From: Takakia lepidozioides
Lineage: Eukaryota; Plantae; Bryophyta
Length of the DNA stretch: 64,000 nucleotides
Direction of reading: 5' to 3'
NCBI GenBank assembly: GCA_030704615.1
Contig: CM060734.1
Span: 60,202,001-60,266,000 of the forward strand
In this document: piece by piece, positions 32,293 to 46,145 of the stretch
How the letters are laid out: each line of letters begins with the position of its first letter
Position numbering within the stretch: position 1 is the first letter of the stretch
The notes under the pieces: generated by a model
What the model saw: the letters and a program-made list of their open reading frames with translations, nothing else
Told to the model about the DNA's origin: nothing
The model's database searches: none
Position numbers and translations under genes: made by a program

Positions 32293-35200
32293 CTAGCAAG
32301 GCCAGAGGTCACCCCACCATGCTTTCCGAGCTTGTGGATGAAGATGCCCACACTGTCCTCTCCGAGAGCAAACCAACCGGTTGAGTGCCCCACTTGAGCC
32401 ATCCCTCTCACTTGCACAGCACAAGTCCAGTATTGTGTGGCGCCCACGCCTGATGGGGGCCCGCACAATGCGTGCCCACCCACTGCCCATGTCTGCAACT
32501 TGTTTTGGCCCCTCAACTTCCTCTATTTCATCATCCCCCTCACCTTCTTCAAACTCATCTTCGGACCCTCCAGAAGTCAATCCCTCGAAATCTTCAAACT
32601 CCTCATCAGACACTTCAGAGCTGAATTCCTTGCCCTCCATCGTGCCTACGCCTGACAAGAAAAGATGCTTCATCGAGAGGTGCCTTTCTAACTCCACATT
32701 GATGGACCCACTAGAGGAAAGCCAAGTTTGAGACGAACATATGAATAGCACAAACACGACTTTACAAAGGAACAGTGTCTATCATGCATACGGGTCCACA
32801 TGCCCAATCCTGACAAGCAAGCTTACAGTATACCAGCACCCCTACCCAAGTTTGAAGAAAGGTTGTTGCCATACTCACCACCTTCAGATGTCACGTCTTC
32901 TATAATTTGAAAGTGTGGCTGTGGGTCTTCTGGCGATTCCAATTTTAGTCTCTCAAGAGGCCATGGTATCCTACAAACAAAGGACTGCGCTGTCAGCAAA
33001 CAAAGCCAGACAAGAAACAAACGCGCAAGGCTGGAGCTAATTAAGTGCTCAAACAGGTAGAGGAACAGGATATCTTATAAGCAAAATAGACAGGCAGGAC
33101 AGGGTGCATCGACTGGGTGATAGGTGGATTGCCACAAAGAGATATACTCACTGACCATTTCCTGTGAATGTCGGCTATGATGTGTCGTCAAGGGCATAGT
33201 CCCGCAGGATACTCACCCTCCTGGAGCCAGTTGGGGGTTCAGCCTACCAGCATATATGACAACCGGAACTTGCTAGTAGTGGCTGTCCATAGCTAATGAC
33301 TGTGTGGCGATAGGGAATTGAGTCGACTCGATGTACAAGTGTGATTGATTTCAAAGTAGACAGGAAGTGGTAATTCCAGCCCTGCTACTAGAGCCCATAA
33401 GCTGGAGACAGATGCGACAAATGTGGCTACGAATGATTGCACTGCTCTTCACACAGACAACTAAAAAGCAGAAGCAGAGGCAGAGAGAGAGGGACACATG
33501 TTCTAAATATGGAGAGAACCTGTACTTATATTCATCATGTACAGGGTTCTTTGATAACTGTTTTGCTAAGGATCCTGAAGACCCATCCTTGCCAGCTCTA
33601 AAACTCTAGATGAAAATGGAGTAGGTCTTATGTATTATTACCGGGGTCGAGTGCCACGGCGGAGGACAACAAATGAAAACTTCTCGTCCTCATAAGTACG
33701 GAGTGCTGAGGCACTATGTCTCTGCACATGCCATGCCCCAATTAGCCGAATAGGCACCCCTTCAGTAGAAGGCTTTATTTGAAATAGTCTCGAGGCTGCA
33801 GTCCCTAGCCCAGTTTGTGTTACATAGTTGTTGGACGTTGATTGTCGCAATCTTGTGGCACAGACCCGCACTTCATTTGCACAGGGCATTGCAAAGAGAC
33901 AGAGAGAAGATAAGGAAAGAAAGAGGCTTTACAACTCCCACAGAGAGAGCTACCAATACTGTACATCTGATGCAGCCAGGGTTGAACAAGTTCGAGCACA
34001 AACTGCTTAGAACAAAAAGGAGGGGAGCACACCTTTGTGATACGCTGGGAGGAGGTGCGCTCCACGCGTTGAGTGAAATGGCACCATTTCTCTGTCTTGT
34101 CCATTGGGCATGCACCATCATGTGCACACTGCCAGACCCCAATCCATCCCCCATGACAACTTCTCAATCACACAAAGTAGCATTAATGCAATTCAGCATG
34201 ACATATAAACAAGTAAGCACAGTACTCAGGATAAGTCTCATCAGCAGATGTTTTGAGCAATGAGCCCCCTTCCCCAAATGAGATGCTGTTATGTCCATGC
34301 TACATCCACGTAGAAGCAAAGTTTTAGCTGACAATAGAACTCCCTTCTTTGAAGTGAAGGTTCACGGGGTTACTTCAGATCAAACTTGTACCCAATCCTA
34401 ACTCATACCCAGATATTACAAACCCAAGATTCCACATAAGAGGGTGGATAGTTTTAAGCAAAGGCCTCGACTCACTGGAGCTATCACGTAGGCACCACAT
34501 CCATCTTGTTCTTCTCCTGCTGCTTGGCAACCCTCCTCAGCTGTCTGCTTTCCACCCTTGAAGCGGCGTCGCATTTTCTGTTTCAAGACAGTCCAAATGG
34601 TCAAGTTGACTTGGTTCATGAAAGAATGGATCCCAGAATAGATCCTTGCAGATGAGAAATCAGTGTCCAAATGTAGATGTAGGGACTGGAATCTGGTGTA
34701 AAACAAATTGAGAGAGAATTTCACTTGTACCTTTCTTTCCATCTGAAGAATGTGTGCTCGAATCTCACGCACCAGACTTGAGCCTTGTGGTGTGCCTGGC
34801 TCAATCAATACCTATACAAAGGGCCATCGATAGGAATTGATTTCATAGAATTATAATTAGCACAGATAAAGGACAATAGAAACTTCCTGAACAGAACAGC
34901 AAACTGGCAACTCATAATGCATAAGGAGCTACTGCAAGGCTTCAGTCCAAGGACTCTCTAGACGAGCTAAAGAAGAATTCTTCAGCTTGAGAACCAAGCA
35001 AAAGAAGGTCCCCCACCACTGCTAAACTTTTGGCATGACTAGCCCGGATTGCCTATCTTTACTAAAGATCTGGCAGATGCCAACCCATTTGCATCACATC
35101 AATTGTGAAAACTTTCTGATTTAAATCTGGAAGGCCAGCATCAATTGCAATTACTAGAGCACAGCCTTCACTTTTCTCCTTGCTAACCATCAACCACTTC

Positions 35201-37599
35201 AGCAAACATTGTCAGAGAAAAGGCTATACCAGTACTCGAAAAGCACCAATCTGACGAGTGTGCAAAGTAATGAGACTCACAAGAAGGTCGTGGGTGAGAG
35301 CCCAGAGCTGGCGAATGGTAGTGATGCGTTCTTCCTTTGACGGCAACTCTCCCAATGCATATGACTGCCTCAAAGAGACACAAATGAGGAAATCCAGAAC
35401 ACCACCAGTTCATATATGTTCACTTTGAACCGAGTGTTATGTATGTGCTGGAAAAATTATCATAACCTCAGCTCTGCTTGACAGCTGTCATATGATAATA
35501 TAAGGCTTATAAGCTCAGCCTGTATGCACCATACAGTTCCCTTGTGTGGAAAACTCACAGCAATCACAACGTCGTGCTGGCGTTCGCTTTTACGGAGACC
35601 GCGCGACAACGCAGGTAGGCTTGGATGGACCTTAATAAGAGGAAGCTGCTCCACATCTTGTGCAACAATCACCCGTGTTCAACACCCCCGTTAATGAGTG
35701 CATCAGCAGCAAATCCAAGATCCCTGACCTGCTCCACCAGGCCAGCTTGTTGTATCTACTTCATTCATCACTGGCAACCACAAGTAAAATCCTTCCTTGT
35801 CTTCCCCGATTAAATCGAGAGCACCATTTTCATGCTCTCTTCTAATTCATCATGAAAATGACGGGAAAAAACCCCAGGAGTATGCTTGGAAAACCACTCA
35901 CAGTCATATAGCCAAAGAAATTGAGGAGTGTGAAGTGTGATTTTTGAAACCAAAAATGAAGCTACCTTGCAAAAGGTTTCGACAAGCATCTGTCATGGCC
36001 CGTGATGATTCCACCAAATTTACATGCTCCACTGCTCCAGGCCACACCTCCCGCATTGCCCTTTTTATCCAGAACACGCCACACTAGCAGCATGAAAACA
36101 AATCCTACCTAACCACTTTCCTTTCTCAGACATTAGAGATACGGATGTTTTAGGGAGGAGGTACCAAGATCAGGAGAAGCAATTACCAGAGGACGGTGCC
36201 GGGTCCGGAGCCATAGTCCAGCATGCGTTTAGGCTGGAATTTAGGCAAACGGGATGCTACCTACAACCCGAAAAATCCAGCACCCATCCAAGTTAAACCT
36301 GCAATTTGCAAAGCTACAATCGAAAGTGTTCATACTTCTATACAAGTGGTTGCTGGCATTGCCATTGAGAACTTCATGTAACAAGCCATGCAACTCCATG
36401 TAACCTGTTGAAGAAAGGATCAATCCCAGAGTGAAATTGCCGAACACGAGTGGGAAAATTGAATCAAGAAGGCGGTGAAGATGAGCAGCCAGTCAACAGA
36501 ATTAAGTGGCAATTAGGGGGATTTAGTGATTAAAACACGCTTGTGCACAATTTCTGTCACCTGAGCACCTGTGTTTCTTCACTGACCATAAACTCTATGC
36601 ATCCAGAATAAATGAGTGAAAAACCTCAGCAGGATACCTCCGATAGCACACGGTGAACCGCACCATAAACAGCAGGCATGCGAGCCGCCACATATGCAGC
36701 TGTTTTATTCTCCTCATACTCAAACCGCACGGGTGCTTGTATAGGGGTGAATAGACTTTTGCTCAGTCGATTGTGTGTAGAGGTCCTTCCCATGTACTCC
36801 TCGACAGCTGCATGCGCATCTTCTAAACCCTCCACCTCCTGAGGATCCACAGGCACCATCCCTGCAGCCTTCCGGGCACGCATAGTCCCGGATAGGCGTG
36901 CAACATTTCGCTTCACTTCTCGTGACGGCATGTCTGCAGGGTCACCATGGGGTTGCAATTTCAAAGATAAGGGGCATATGGCTTAGGAATTTCTACTCCT
37001 CGCTCATCTGGCAGTGTGCACAAGCGCACAGAGACAGAGACAGAGAGACTTGACCAGAAAGAACCTGTGGTTCCTAACTCTATCATGTTGCCTTTGTTAT
37101 CCAGGCACGAGTTCCAACCCGAAACTCCATTCAAGGTCTCATTTCAGAAGAAATCCAACGGGAGCTCAAATTCAAAGAGAAACAATAGCCCCTGACCAAG
37201 AGAAAACCAGCTAAGGGTTTAAGGTATTAGACAGGTTTCTCATTCCTTACAGACTAAAGCAGGAAAGAATGTATACAACAATCCTATCTGCTACTCTTGT
37301 GCTCTATACCGAGGGAAAAGTATTTAAGCTACACTGAATCCAGCCCCCCGAAATGTCTGACATAATTAAATCCAACACAACATAAACCCTCCACCGAAAA
37401 TACTGACCTCAATCCAACAAAGGTCCAATAATTTTCATACCAGAATTGACAGGAATGCCGTACCTCCAAGGAACGCAGTAATGGCAGCTTGAAGAGATGG
37501 AGGAAGACGAAGGAGGCCCTGGGAATGGCTTGCCGCTGCTTGCAGCCCTGCCAGCGTGAAGCTTTTCAGTCCCACTTCTGCCACCGCTGAACTCGCCAT
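32293..37599 (-). CDS. RSM22: Rsm22/METTL17-like mitoribosomal small-subunit assembly methyltransferase-fold protein, 12 exons
   Basis: Exons ~37599-37464, 36933-36638, 36260-36187, 36060-35966, 35656-35559, 35364-35279, 34811-34731, 34577-34476, 34128-34033, 33721-33642, 32970-~32880, 32651-32293. Motifs AYVAARMPAVY, LDYGSGPGT, IEPGTPQG, APCAHDGACP…CHFTQR, EDEKFSF, ARKAWWGDLWP. Confidence 0.93.
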
Positions 37600-40500
37600 C
37601 TCTCTTCTCCTGCACCCAATCTTTTATAGTGCAAGTCGCAAAGGACCCACAAACGGAAAGGCTCAACACGATGGAAGGCAAGCGTGTTGCGCCATTTCTG
37701 CAGTGCACCCACCTCCCATCTTCACCGCACCCCGCAAAACAGCCTACAACACTTTGAGCTTTTCCTCAGTTTTCGTTACTTTTCTCACAGATCCTTGTTC
37801 ATCCGTTTTTTGTCCAAAATCGTCACAGTTCACAATCGTTGGACACAGGCTTGGATGTGGTGTTGTATTCTCGGTCGGATCCAATGTCTCGCTGCTTCTG
37901 TTGGGAAGGATAGAATCTGTACGTGTACATGGTTGGGCATATCGGAAGCTGAATGTGTGGCATTCTCACTAAATGTTTTTTGCACCGACCTTTTTATCTC
38001 TTGCGTTGTTTCCCCCACTCCCAGTTTTTGGAGCTTCTGTCTTCTTTCGACATGCCTTGTAAGGCAGTTTTGGTCATGTATTAGGGCCAGGTGCATTCGA
38101 TGGTGAGCAGGGTGTATCACTGTCTCAAGAACAGAGTAGGTATCTGTGTCCAAAGGTAGCTCATGAAGCTCCAAAGCCTACCACTGTTTTCCCAGACACA
38201 GAATGCTTTTATTTCCCACAATTTCTTTGACATGTGTTCCTTGCTCGCAAAAAGCTGCGACTGGAAGAGCCCATCATCTGTATCACCTTCAAATGTTGCA
38301 AAACAGTCATGTCCCCAAAGACCGAAAGGAGTAGATCCTTAGCAGCTGCAAAAGTGCCACAATATACAGGCGGAGATTTGAACCCACAACCACCTAAAGT
38401 CTAAATGAACTACCTATTTCAAATCCATTTTAGCTTTAAGGCACAGTGGCCCAACAAACAAACACATTAATATGCCTGGAAAACTTATCATTTGTAATAA
38501 GGAAATTTGTTACATACAAGAGTTGGTAGCAGGTCCGTTACTTAACACAATGATCAGTGGAGAGGTCTGTCTCCCTCACGCAAAGCATCACGACCTTTGC
38601 TGCTAAATTATTTTATGCGAAGAGAAGAGGGTCTTGCTGACTTGGGTCAGCTTCATCTCTCTCCATGCTTCGATCTCAAAAGGTTAGAGATCGAAAGGCC
38701 CAACTGATGGGTCTCTCTAGAGGAGGGCGTAGTGCTAGATTGCAATCTTGATACTGTCAGACGTGTACATGTACATTGGCAGTGAACGAGCTATTCACTT
38801 GCACAAAGACGAATACTAGACGAGCGGGGTTGATATATCAAAGAGTGAAAGTAAACTGTTGTTCTTGCACTGAAAGGAATGCTTATCTGGAGATGAACAA
38901 GACAAGGACAAGAGTCTGAGAGTGGGAAGAGGCTGGAAGAAAGGAGGAGGTATACAAGAAGTACGTGCTACATGTCGAAGTTGCCGACTTAATCCATCCT
39001 CTCCTGTTTTTCTGGTTTTGTGTCTCTTTCCCTCACTCATCTACACGCCTGTGGCTGCCATACTTGTCCACTTTCTCCCCTGTACCCCGTAGTTGGCGCT
39101 GTAACTCTCAACTTCTGTTCACGCAAGCAGATTTCGGTGCTGGGCACTTCGATGCAGTGAAGTTGAAGAAGATATTGGTTCGAGGGCATGACTTTTGGCC
39201 TAGGCTCACCGAGTAACGAAGCAGACAGTTGTCCTCGGTGTCACATGACATGATTTCCACTTTCTTCAGTAAGCCGATATCGAAAGGATATTTTGGTCGA
39301 GAACCGTAAGAACCCTCTGAAAATTCTTCTTGCACCTCCGTCTTCATCCTGTTCCAACAGACAGCGTCAGCTTCTAACTTCAAACCGATGGCACACGGAG
39401 AATAGACCGGGAGATCCACCGACGTCAGATCCACAGCAGATGCAAATGTAACTTTCAGAAGGTGGTTTGTCAAGTCAAGTCTCGCGAGTTGAACAAGTAC
39501 AGCACTTATAGATTGACTTTTATCGCATTCCCAAAGTGCCAAGCCGGCTACGAAATCGAGATTTGAGTGTTGGGACCTCAAAAACTGGAAAGAGGGACCG
39601 ATGACTATGTATGAAGGGAAAGCAAGGAGAAAGGCTCTGGACTAGAGTGTAGAATATACCAAACAGGTCAGCCAGCCCAAGGGCATTGAGCATTGACTGG
39701 AGTGAGATAGCTACACAGGGTAAAGATCGTCCCAAGGACATAGTGGGCAGCGCGGACCATCGCCCATAAGGCCAGAATGCCGTATTGAAACTCCAGAGAA
39801 CTCCATGCGATGAATCTGGCAGACAAGGTCAAAGAGAGAGTCCTGAAAAGAAGAGTCATGGCCTCACCAGTTATGTTCAGAGAGCGAGAACCTGGGCCGG
39901 CCGGTAAAATGGGGAAAGGATGCTTTGAAGAGTGGCAAAGAAACCTTGGGGAAAGAAAGACAGAATGTCAGTGGAACTGGGAAATCACAAATTTCACAAG
40001 GAGCCAAATCTGAATACCATGTGAACAACCATGGAAAGCGTGCAGCTGTCAGTGGGACAGTGAGACTGCCCCTTTCGTTAAGTTATTATTCACCTACATG
40101 CACTGGACACTTTGCATGTTGCTCTTGATATCCTGCTATACAATAGGAACTTAGTAATTGTGCAGTGCACTGTGCAAGGTGTAAACTGCACACACTTTGT
40201 TCAAGTCTCATTACTTTCTTTGGCAACGGAGAGAGGTCCAGATCTTCGAAGTTCCATATATGTAATCTTATACAAGTTCCATTTGGATGACACAGGGACC
40301 AACAGCTTAAAGTTCAAACTGCACATGGCCCATGCATTGGAAGCTGTGACTGGACTGCCCCACAGTCGAAGGAATCAGTTCAGGACTTACAAAGTGGTTG
40401 GTTCGCTTTGGGTCCCACTTCTGCTTTTGGAGTTAAAAACTTGTCCTTGTAAGCTTTCGCAAGCTGCTTTGCTGATTCCCTTTCCATCATCAAGTGCTCC

Positions 40501-42049
40501 AAAGTCCAATCCCAACGTTGGGCGGCCATATCCGCTTTACCTTTCCCGGCTAAGTACTAAGTTAAGTGTAGAAGTGAGGTGTGAAGGCTGCACGGAAGAG
40601 GGGCAGGCCAAGCACCATACTTCTCCTGCGCACGCTCGACACGTCCATCGCCCGACGCGCACCCCCAATGCGGTAGCCCCAGCAAGGCAGGCCGCGCGGT
40701 TCACCGCCGCTCTGCCGCGGTCCGCCTCCGCGGCCTTCCCGAGGTCTGCTCACCTGGGTCCATTGCAGTGGTGAGGTCTCCAGGAGTTGGTCCCGTAGCC
40801 TGGATCCATTGGAATGAAGAGGTCAATCTCAACCGATGGCCAATCTCATGGATGGTTAAGATTGCCAATGGTGTTAGTATTAAAGAGGCACGGGTTGAGA
40901 GTCTAAAGTATCTCTATGTAGTGGCCGATAGTTGAGCTTAGTGAGTTGCATGAAATGTCTTGTTCTATTATCAGGCACCATTTGCATATGCTTTTGCGAC
41001 TTTCTTGGCCATATGGGTATTCTTGGGGTTTAGGGACTCTAGACTGGACGGGCATGTCCTACGTAAGATGTCGATTTGAGCAAATTCTTGTTATTCTTAT
41101 TACGTACGACTGGTTTGTGGATTAGCTGTGGATTTGGTTTTTGTATTTGTCTGTGTGTGTTTCAAGGAAATGTATTGCCAGTATTGACATCCGTCGTGGT
41201 TGCAGCATGTATGTAAATTTGGCATCTTAGTGGAGTTATTGTAATCTATGGCTGCATGAATGGCGCCCATAGAGATATTTGCATCAACATAAGTGTATGT
41301 TTCGCTGCAGAGTACTACTAACAAGTACATTGGATTCAGGAAAGTAGACTTGGGCACTAATTATAATTTCCAAGAGTAAATATAGTGAAACATATCCATA
41401 TAATCCTATTACATGATACAATGCATGGAAAATATCAGGAAAACACTCTCACACAACAGATGGTATACAAGACTTGTTCAGATGTACACCTCACACAAAT
41501 AATTGTTCAAAACACTTACATAGTAGATCCCAACATAATTGACAAGTTTTTGTATGGTACCATAACATTAGACCCCAAGAGCACTATCTTAGTAGACCTT
41601 GACATAGACCACCCTAAGAATAGATATTTTTATTGAGGTTAACAGACCTATTAGTGGACCTTACCCAAAAGGGTGGGTCCCTTCCTTACACTACACTGAT
41701 GGTGGTGCGGTGGAGGAACTTTCGTATTTGTTTCCAAAGTGCCGGTCATACAACTCATTTCATTCTTGTTTTTCTCTTCTTGGCTTGCCAGAGTTTCCAG
41801 AAATGTCCGACTATTAGATGATTTCCTTCTCCCATATTCCTATCTTTGTGTTTATTGTGTTCATTCTATGTTTGCATTTGTGAGTTATTCAGTATTATTT
41901 TTGTAGAAAGACATTGAACATACATATCTGGATTCTGCACGCATTTATGTCTGTACCATAGTTTTGGTAAACACATCTTCTTCAAAAGCCTTCATACAAT
42001 GTTGAACTTTACTCTAATTTTATTTTTTTCTAATCACCCAAACCGAAAT

Positions 42050-44370
42050 AGCGTATGTGTTGTCCAATCTTTTTCCATTATATGGAGTAACTTTTGAAAA
42101 TAAAGCTTATCTTTTTTCCCCTCTATATTTTTATTTAGTAAAAAGCGGCCAAACCGATACTTTTAAGTAAAGGAAAGGAGCCCATATCACAGGTTATATA
42201 TAATAGTGGGTGCGCTTAAGCTTCTCTATCACACACGGACCAAGCAAGTTCCTTGTGAATTTTGTTGTGTGGTCGTATCTCTCACAAAATTGTCTCCACA
42301 TACACTTCGTTCTGGTCTTCTATGCACGATAGTTTTGGAGTTTGGGTGTGTTGAGGTACGATTAGTGTTTATAGCAATGGGCATCATGTGTCCTGCGATA
42401 GGTAAGTGTCTTGTGGCTTTTCAGACCATGAAATTTCATTTCCACTGTAATGAGATTCGCATGATACGTTTGCCAACACGTCAATATTGTTATATTTGTG
42501 AAACTCGCTGATTTTTAGTATTATTTATTTATTTTTGTGACATTAGTAAGTTTATAACTTCATAAACACGTTTCAAGTATGTTTTGTTTGATTCAGAATC
42601 ATCTTCAGATCGTAAAGTAATTGTTTGATGATGTTGTTAATGCGGAAAAACAGCTCACGCACTTGGATTTTCATTTGATCTCACCTCTATCCAGCATACA
42701 TTACAAATGTTACCAACCCTGGTTTTCGTCATGGGATAAATTTTGCATACGCCAGAGCCACTCCACGAAACGACGACTATATAGTTCCGAATCATCTTGA
42801 GCTGCAGGTGGAGCAATTTTTGGATTTCAAATCTAATGCAAATTGTAAGTTTTCTTTCTAAAACTGGATATTGTAGTTAATTTACTTATATAGGCTTGTC
42901 ATATAACGTAAAGGGATCTGTGCCAAAAAGTTTTCAATGCATTAAGTTGTAATATATCTATTCAATATTACATACTTTGATATTTGAATGGAGCCTCATT
43001 CCCCTTCGCGCAAAAGGAAAAAATAAAAAAAAATAAAAAAAACTTATCTATAATGTGAAATATATTTTTTGATAATCATGATCTAAAACATGTTTTCCAT
43101 GTGCACCATAAAACTAGCAGAAGAACTACGACCTACATCACAAGCCTATCACAATGGATTATACGTTATCCATGCAGGAGGCTATGGTTTTTCGTATTAG
43201 TACCTACAAACATAGCACCCGCAAACATCACCGAATTTACTATACTTGAGTCAAACTTGACAGCAATTTCAGCTGGTAGGTTTCTCAATCGTATAATTTG
43301 TATAATATTTTCGCAAGTTTTTTATCATTCTTTCCAATCCGCAGTTGTAGGCTTTGACAACTGCATTGTGCGGGATCAAGCATCCATACTCGTCTTTGGA
43401 AAAATTGCCATTGCCAAGAAGTGTAAAGAAGAGTATACCAAGAAGTGGACATAAGAGTGGATGGACAGAGCTGCCTCATATGCCGATATGTGGGGTGGGA
43501 CTTACTTGATTATCACGGCTGGGGAGGTGTACCATTTTTGTGCCGGGAAGCAACCCAACAAGAACAAGTCATCTTCATTCATGTTTCAACAATTGAGGAA
43601 GAGTAAGAATCTGAAACTTATAACTACCTGCCACATGCTCAAGATGTGTCCTTCTAAAATTCAGTCGAATGGCAGATAATGCCTGGATGACCGCCATGGC
43701 CGTAATCCTTCTTGTCTTCGAGATATAACAGACTTTGATTCGACTGATATGAGTTGGAATCCTCAGGAATCCTAATAATATGAAACTACCTAAAATTACC
43801 GCCGCACCACAAGAGTTCATCATCATAGACTCAGCAACAACAATTAGAAAGACGAGAAAGAGAGCATCTACAAGGCAGATACAGGTAGCGCCGTGCTCCA
43901 AATTTGTAATTAAACGTAAACTTTATTTTTATGCAGATTATAACAACATTTTTTTTCAGTAAAAACGTTAGTGCAGCTTTTGCTTAATCACTAATTCATA
44001 CACTTTGATTTTGTTGACTGACTTATAATCGCATCGTTTGTGTCTTTAGGATTTCCAAAAGAGTTTTTTCAGTAAAAACGTAAGTGCAGCCTTTGCTTAA
44101 TCACTAATTCATACACTTTGATTTTGTTGACTGACTTTTAATCGCATCGTTTGTGTCTTTAGGATTTCCAAAAGAGAACATTTTTTAGACAGCTTGCGGA
44201 TATGGGCATCCCTATAATTTCAACAAGGCTGTGATGTGCGGAAACAATGGAACCTTTGAAGGGAAAATATATTATTTGGGACGGAATTCATTAGTTTACT
44301 AGTGAATCATTTTACAAGATTGTAGCAAAATCTTTTCTAACATGACAGTATTTGGACCCTCCCATGATTT
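42050..44370 (+). pseudogene. Fragmented GDSL esterase/lipase pseudogene
   Basis: Collinear remnants: PLYGVTFENK (~42076), FRHGINFAYARAT…PNHLELQVEQFLDFK (42724-42832), NGLYVIHAGGY (~43150-43185), YFYADYNN (~43925), ACGYGHPYNFNKAVMCG (~44192), KYIIWDGIH (44265-44291), YKIVAK. Frameshifts, stops and interleaved unrelated DNA. Confidence 0.75.
43951..44175. repeat. 112-bp tandem duplication spanning a whole intron of the GDSL pseudogene
   Basis: ttttttcagtaaaaacgt(t/a)agtgcagc…tgtctttaggatttccaaaagag occurs twice in tandem. Confidence 0.95.
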
Positions 44371-44664
44371 CACCACCCAATGCAATTTGAATTCAGAGTA
44401 TTTTCTAGCGTGACCGCGATGCATTAGTTGACTATCATGGGTTAGTTCATTCCTGTGGACTTAGCCTCAGCTTTCGGCATCGGCCTCATCCATAATATAA
44501 TCTTTAGGGAGTAGAACCTTTTCTTTGCTCTTTGTGGTTTTCATTTTTTCCTTTTATTAATAGAATGTTGAGGCCTCTGTGCCTCACACCCGTGACCCTG
44601 CGATTCCAACACTTGAACTATCTTCTCCCACTTTACCTTGTCACACGTCATGCTGCCACGCGCT

Positions 44665-46145
44665 TAATTGAATTTCAGAGCAGGGGAAAAAGTAATTTAG
44701 AGTTCTTCAAAGATAACCCGACATTCGAATGCCAGATTTCTGTGGACGACCTCAAATCATTGCAAAAACAAGTTGCTTAAATAGTTATATTGTCGATTTT
44801 TCGAATCAAAACTGTCAGCAGATGTTTATGGGGATGTTGCAATTTTGGGCTCTTGGGTACTATGGTCTCTTATGAAATATTGGGGGACACTGAACCTTCA
44901 GCACATTGTGAGGATCATGAAGAAGCAAGATAGTTGTTACAGTAATCACGTATCTCCCTAATCTCACTAGATGCTTCCATTCAGTCCAATATTCCAGTAA
45001 GTTGACCCTCTGTATTGTCTCCACTGTCCCCAACAAATTAGAACCCACCGCCGCCTGCCCTTTGTCGCATCTATCTTTCCATGACTACGAGACTATGATT
45101 GGGGTTGGGATTTGGAGGTGACTATAATTTTATAGACAGTCCAAATCGCTCATTGATTATGCAACAAACAAATAGCTTCATCATTACCATGGTAACAAAC
45201 CACTAGCCACATGCTAGCAAACCACATCACCATTGTCTACTGTTGGTGGTCTACTAAAATATTTATTTTTGATTTGTTATCTTGTAGATTACATTTTAGC
45301 CTTGCCATTATTGATAAGGGCAAATGGTACTTCACACACCTAAACTCCTTATGAGGCCTTCATTTGTGCAAAGATACAATATTTGGGATATTTGCTTAGA
45401 GTTGTCTTTCGGAAGTCCCAAGTGGGTGGAGGAGATTAAGGCTTTTCAATGGAATACTCCAAAAGTTCCTCTACAGCCATTTACTTGGGAGTGTAGTTTT
45501 TTTTTTTTAATGATATTGAAGGTTTTTATGATTGGATGAAAGGTGGTGTTCTAGACTCGTCAGAGAAAGGAACACCTTTCACACCTAAATGCTTTGCAAC
45601 GAAGCATGCCTATTTCAAACGTGTTGTTTGTGTTAATTGGATTCTTGAGGGCTTCACTATTATGGAGGACATGGTCGTTGAATGACATTGTTAGGAGCTT
45701 TTGAGGAGGATTTGTAGCAAAATTTTGATTTGCACATTGTGCTACATGCCAAGATAGCAAAAATAATATATATAAACTTTTATATGCTATCTAGTATATA
45801 CTATCTTATATATCTTATATCTAGTATCGGGTGTTGTGTGCCAATGTATAGGCCGTGTATGAATAAACGTAGACTTAAGTTTGTAGTAATTGTTTAATCA
45901 TGGTGTGATGATGGATTGTTTTTTTATATTATCTTTATTTGACATATACCCATGAGCCCAAAATTGCAACATCCCGGCCATAAACATTTGCTGACAGTTT
46001 TGATTCGAAAAATCGACAATATAATTCAAGCAACTTGTTTTTGCAATGATTTGAGGTCGTCCATTGAAATGTGACATTCGAATCTCAGTTTATCTTTGAA
46101 GAACCCTAAATTACTTAATCCGCTGCTCTGAAATTCAATTAATTA
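44665..46145. repeat. ~195-bp inverted repeat pair (44665-44859 / 45946-46145)
   Basis: For example gacgacctcaaatcattgcaaaaacaagttgctt versus aagcaacttgtttttgcaatgatttgaggtcgtc. Confidence 0.9.

Noticed and set aside
38370-38400. tRNA gene
   Set aside because: Only a T-arm/B-box-like fragment, no cloverleaf; the same applies at 47640-47712 and 49185-49212.
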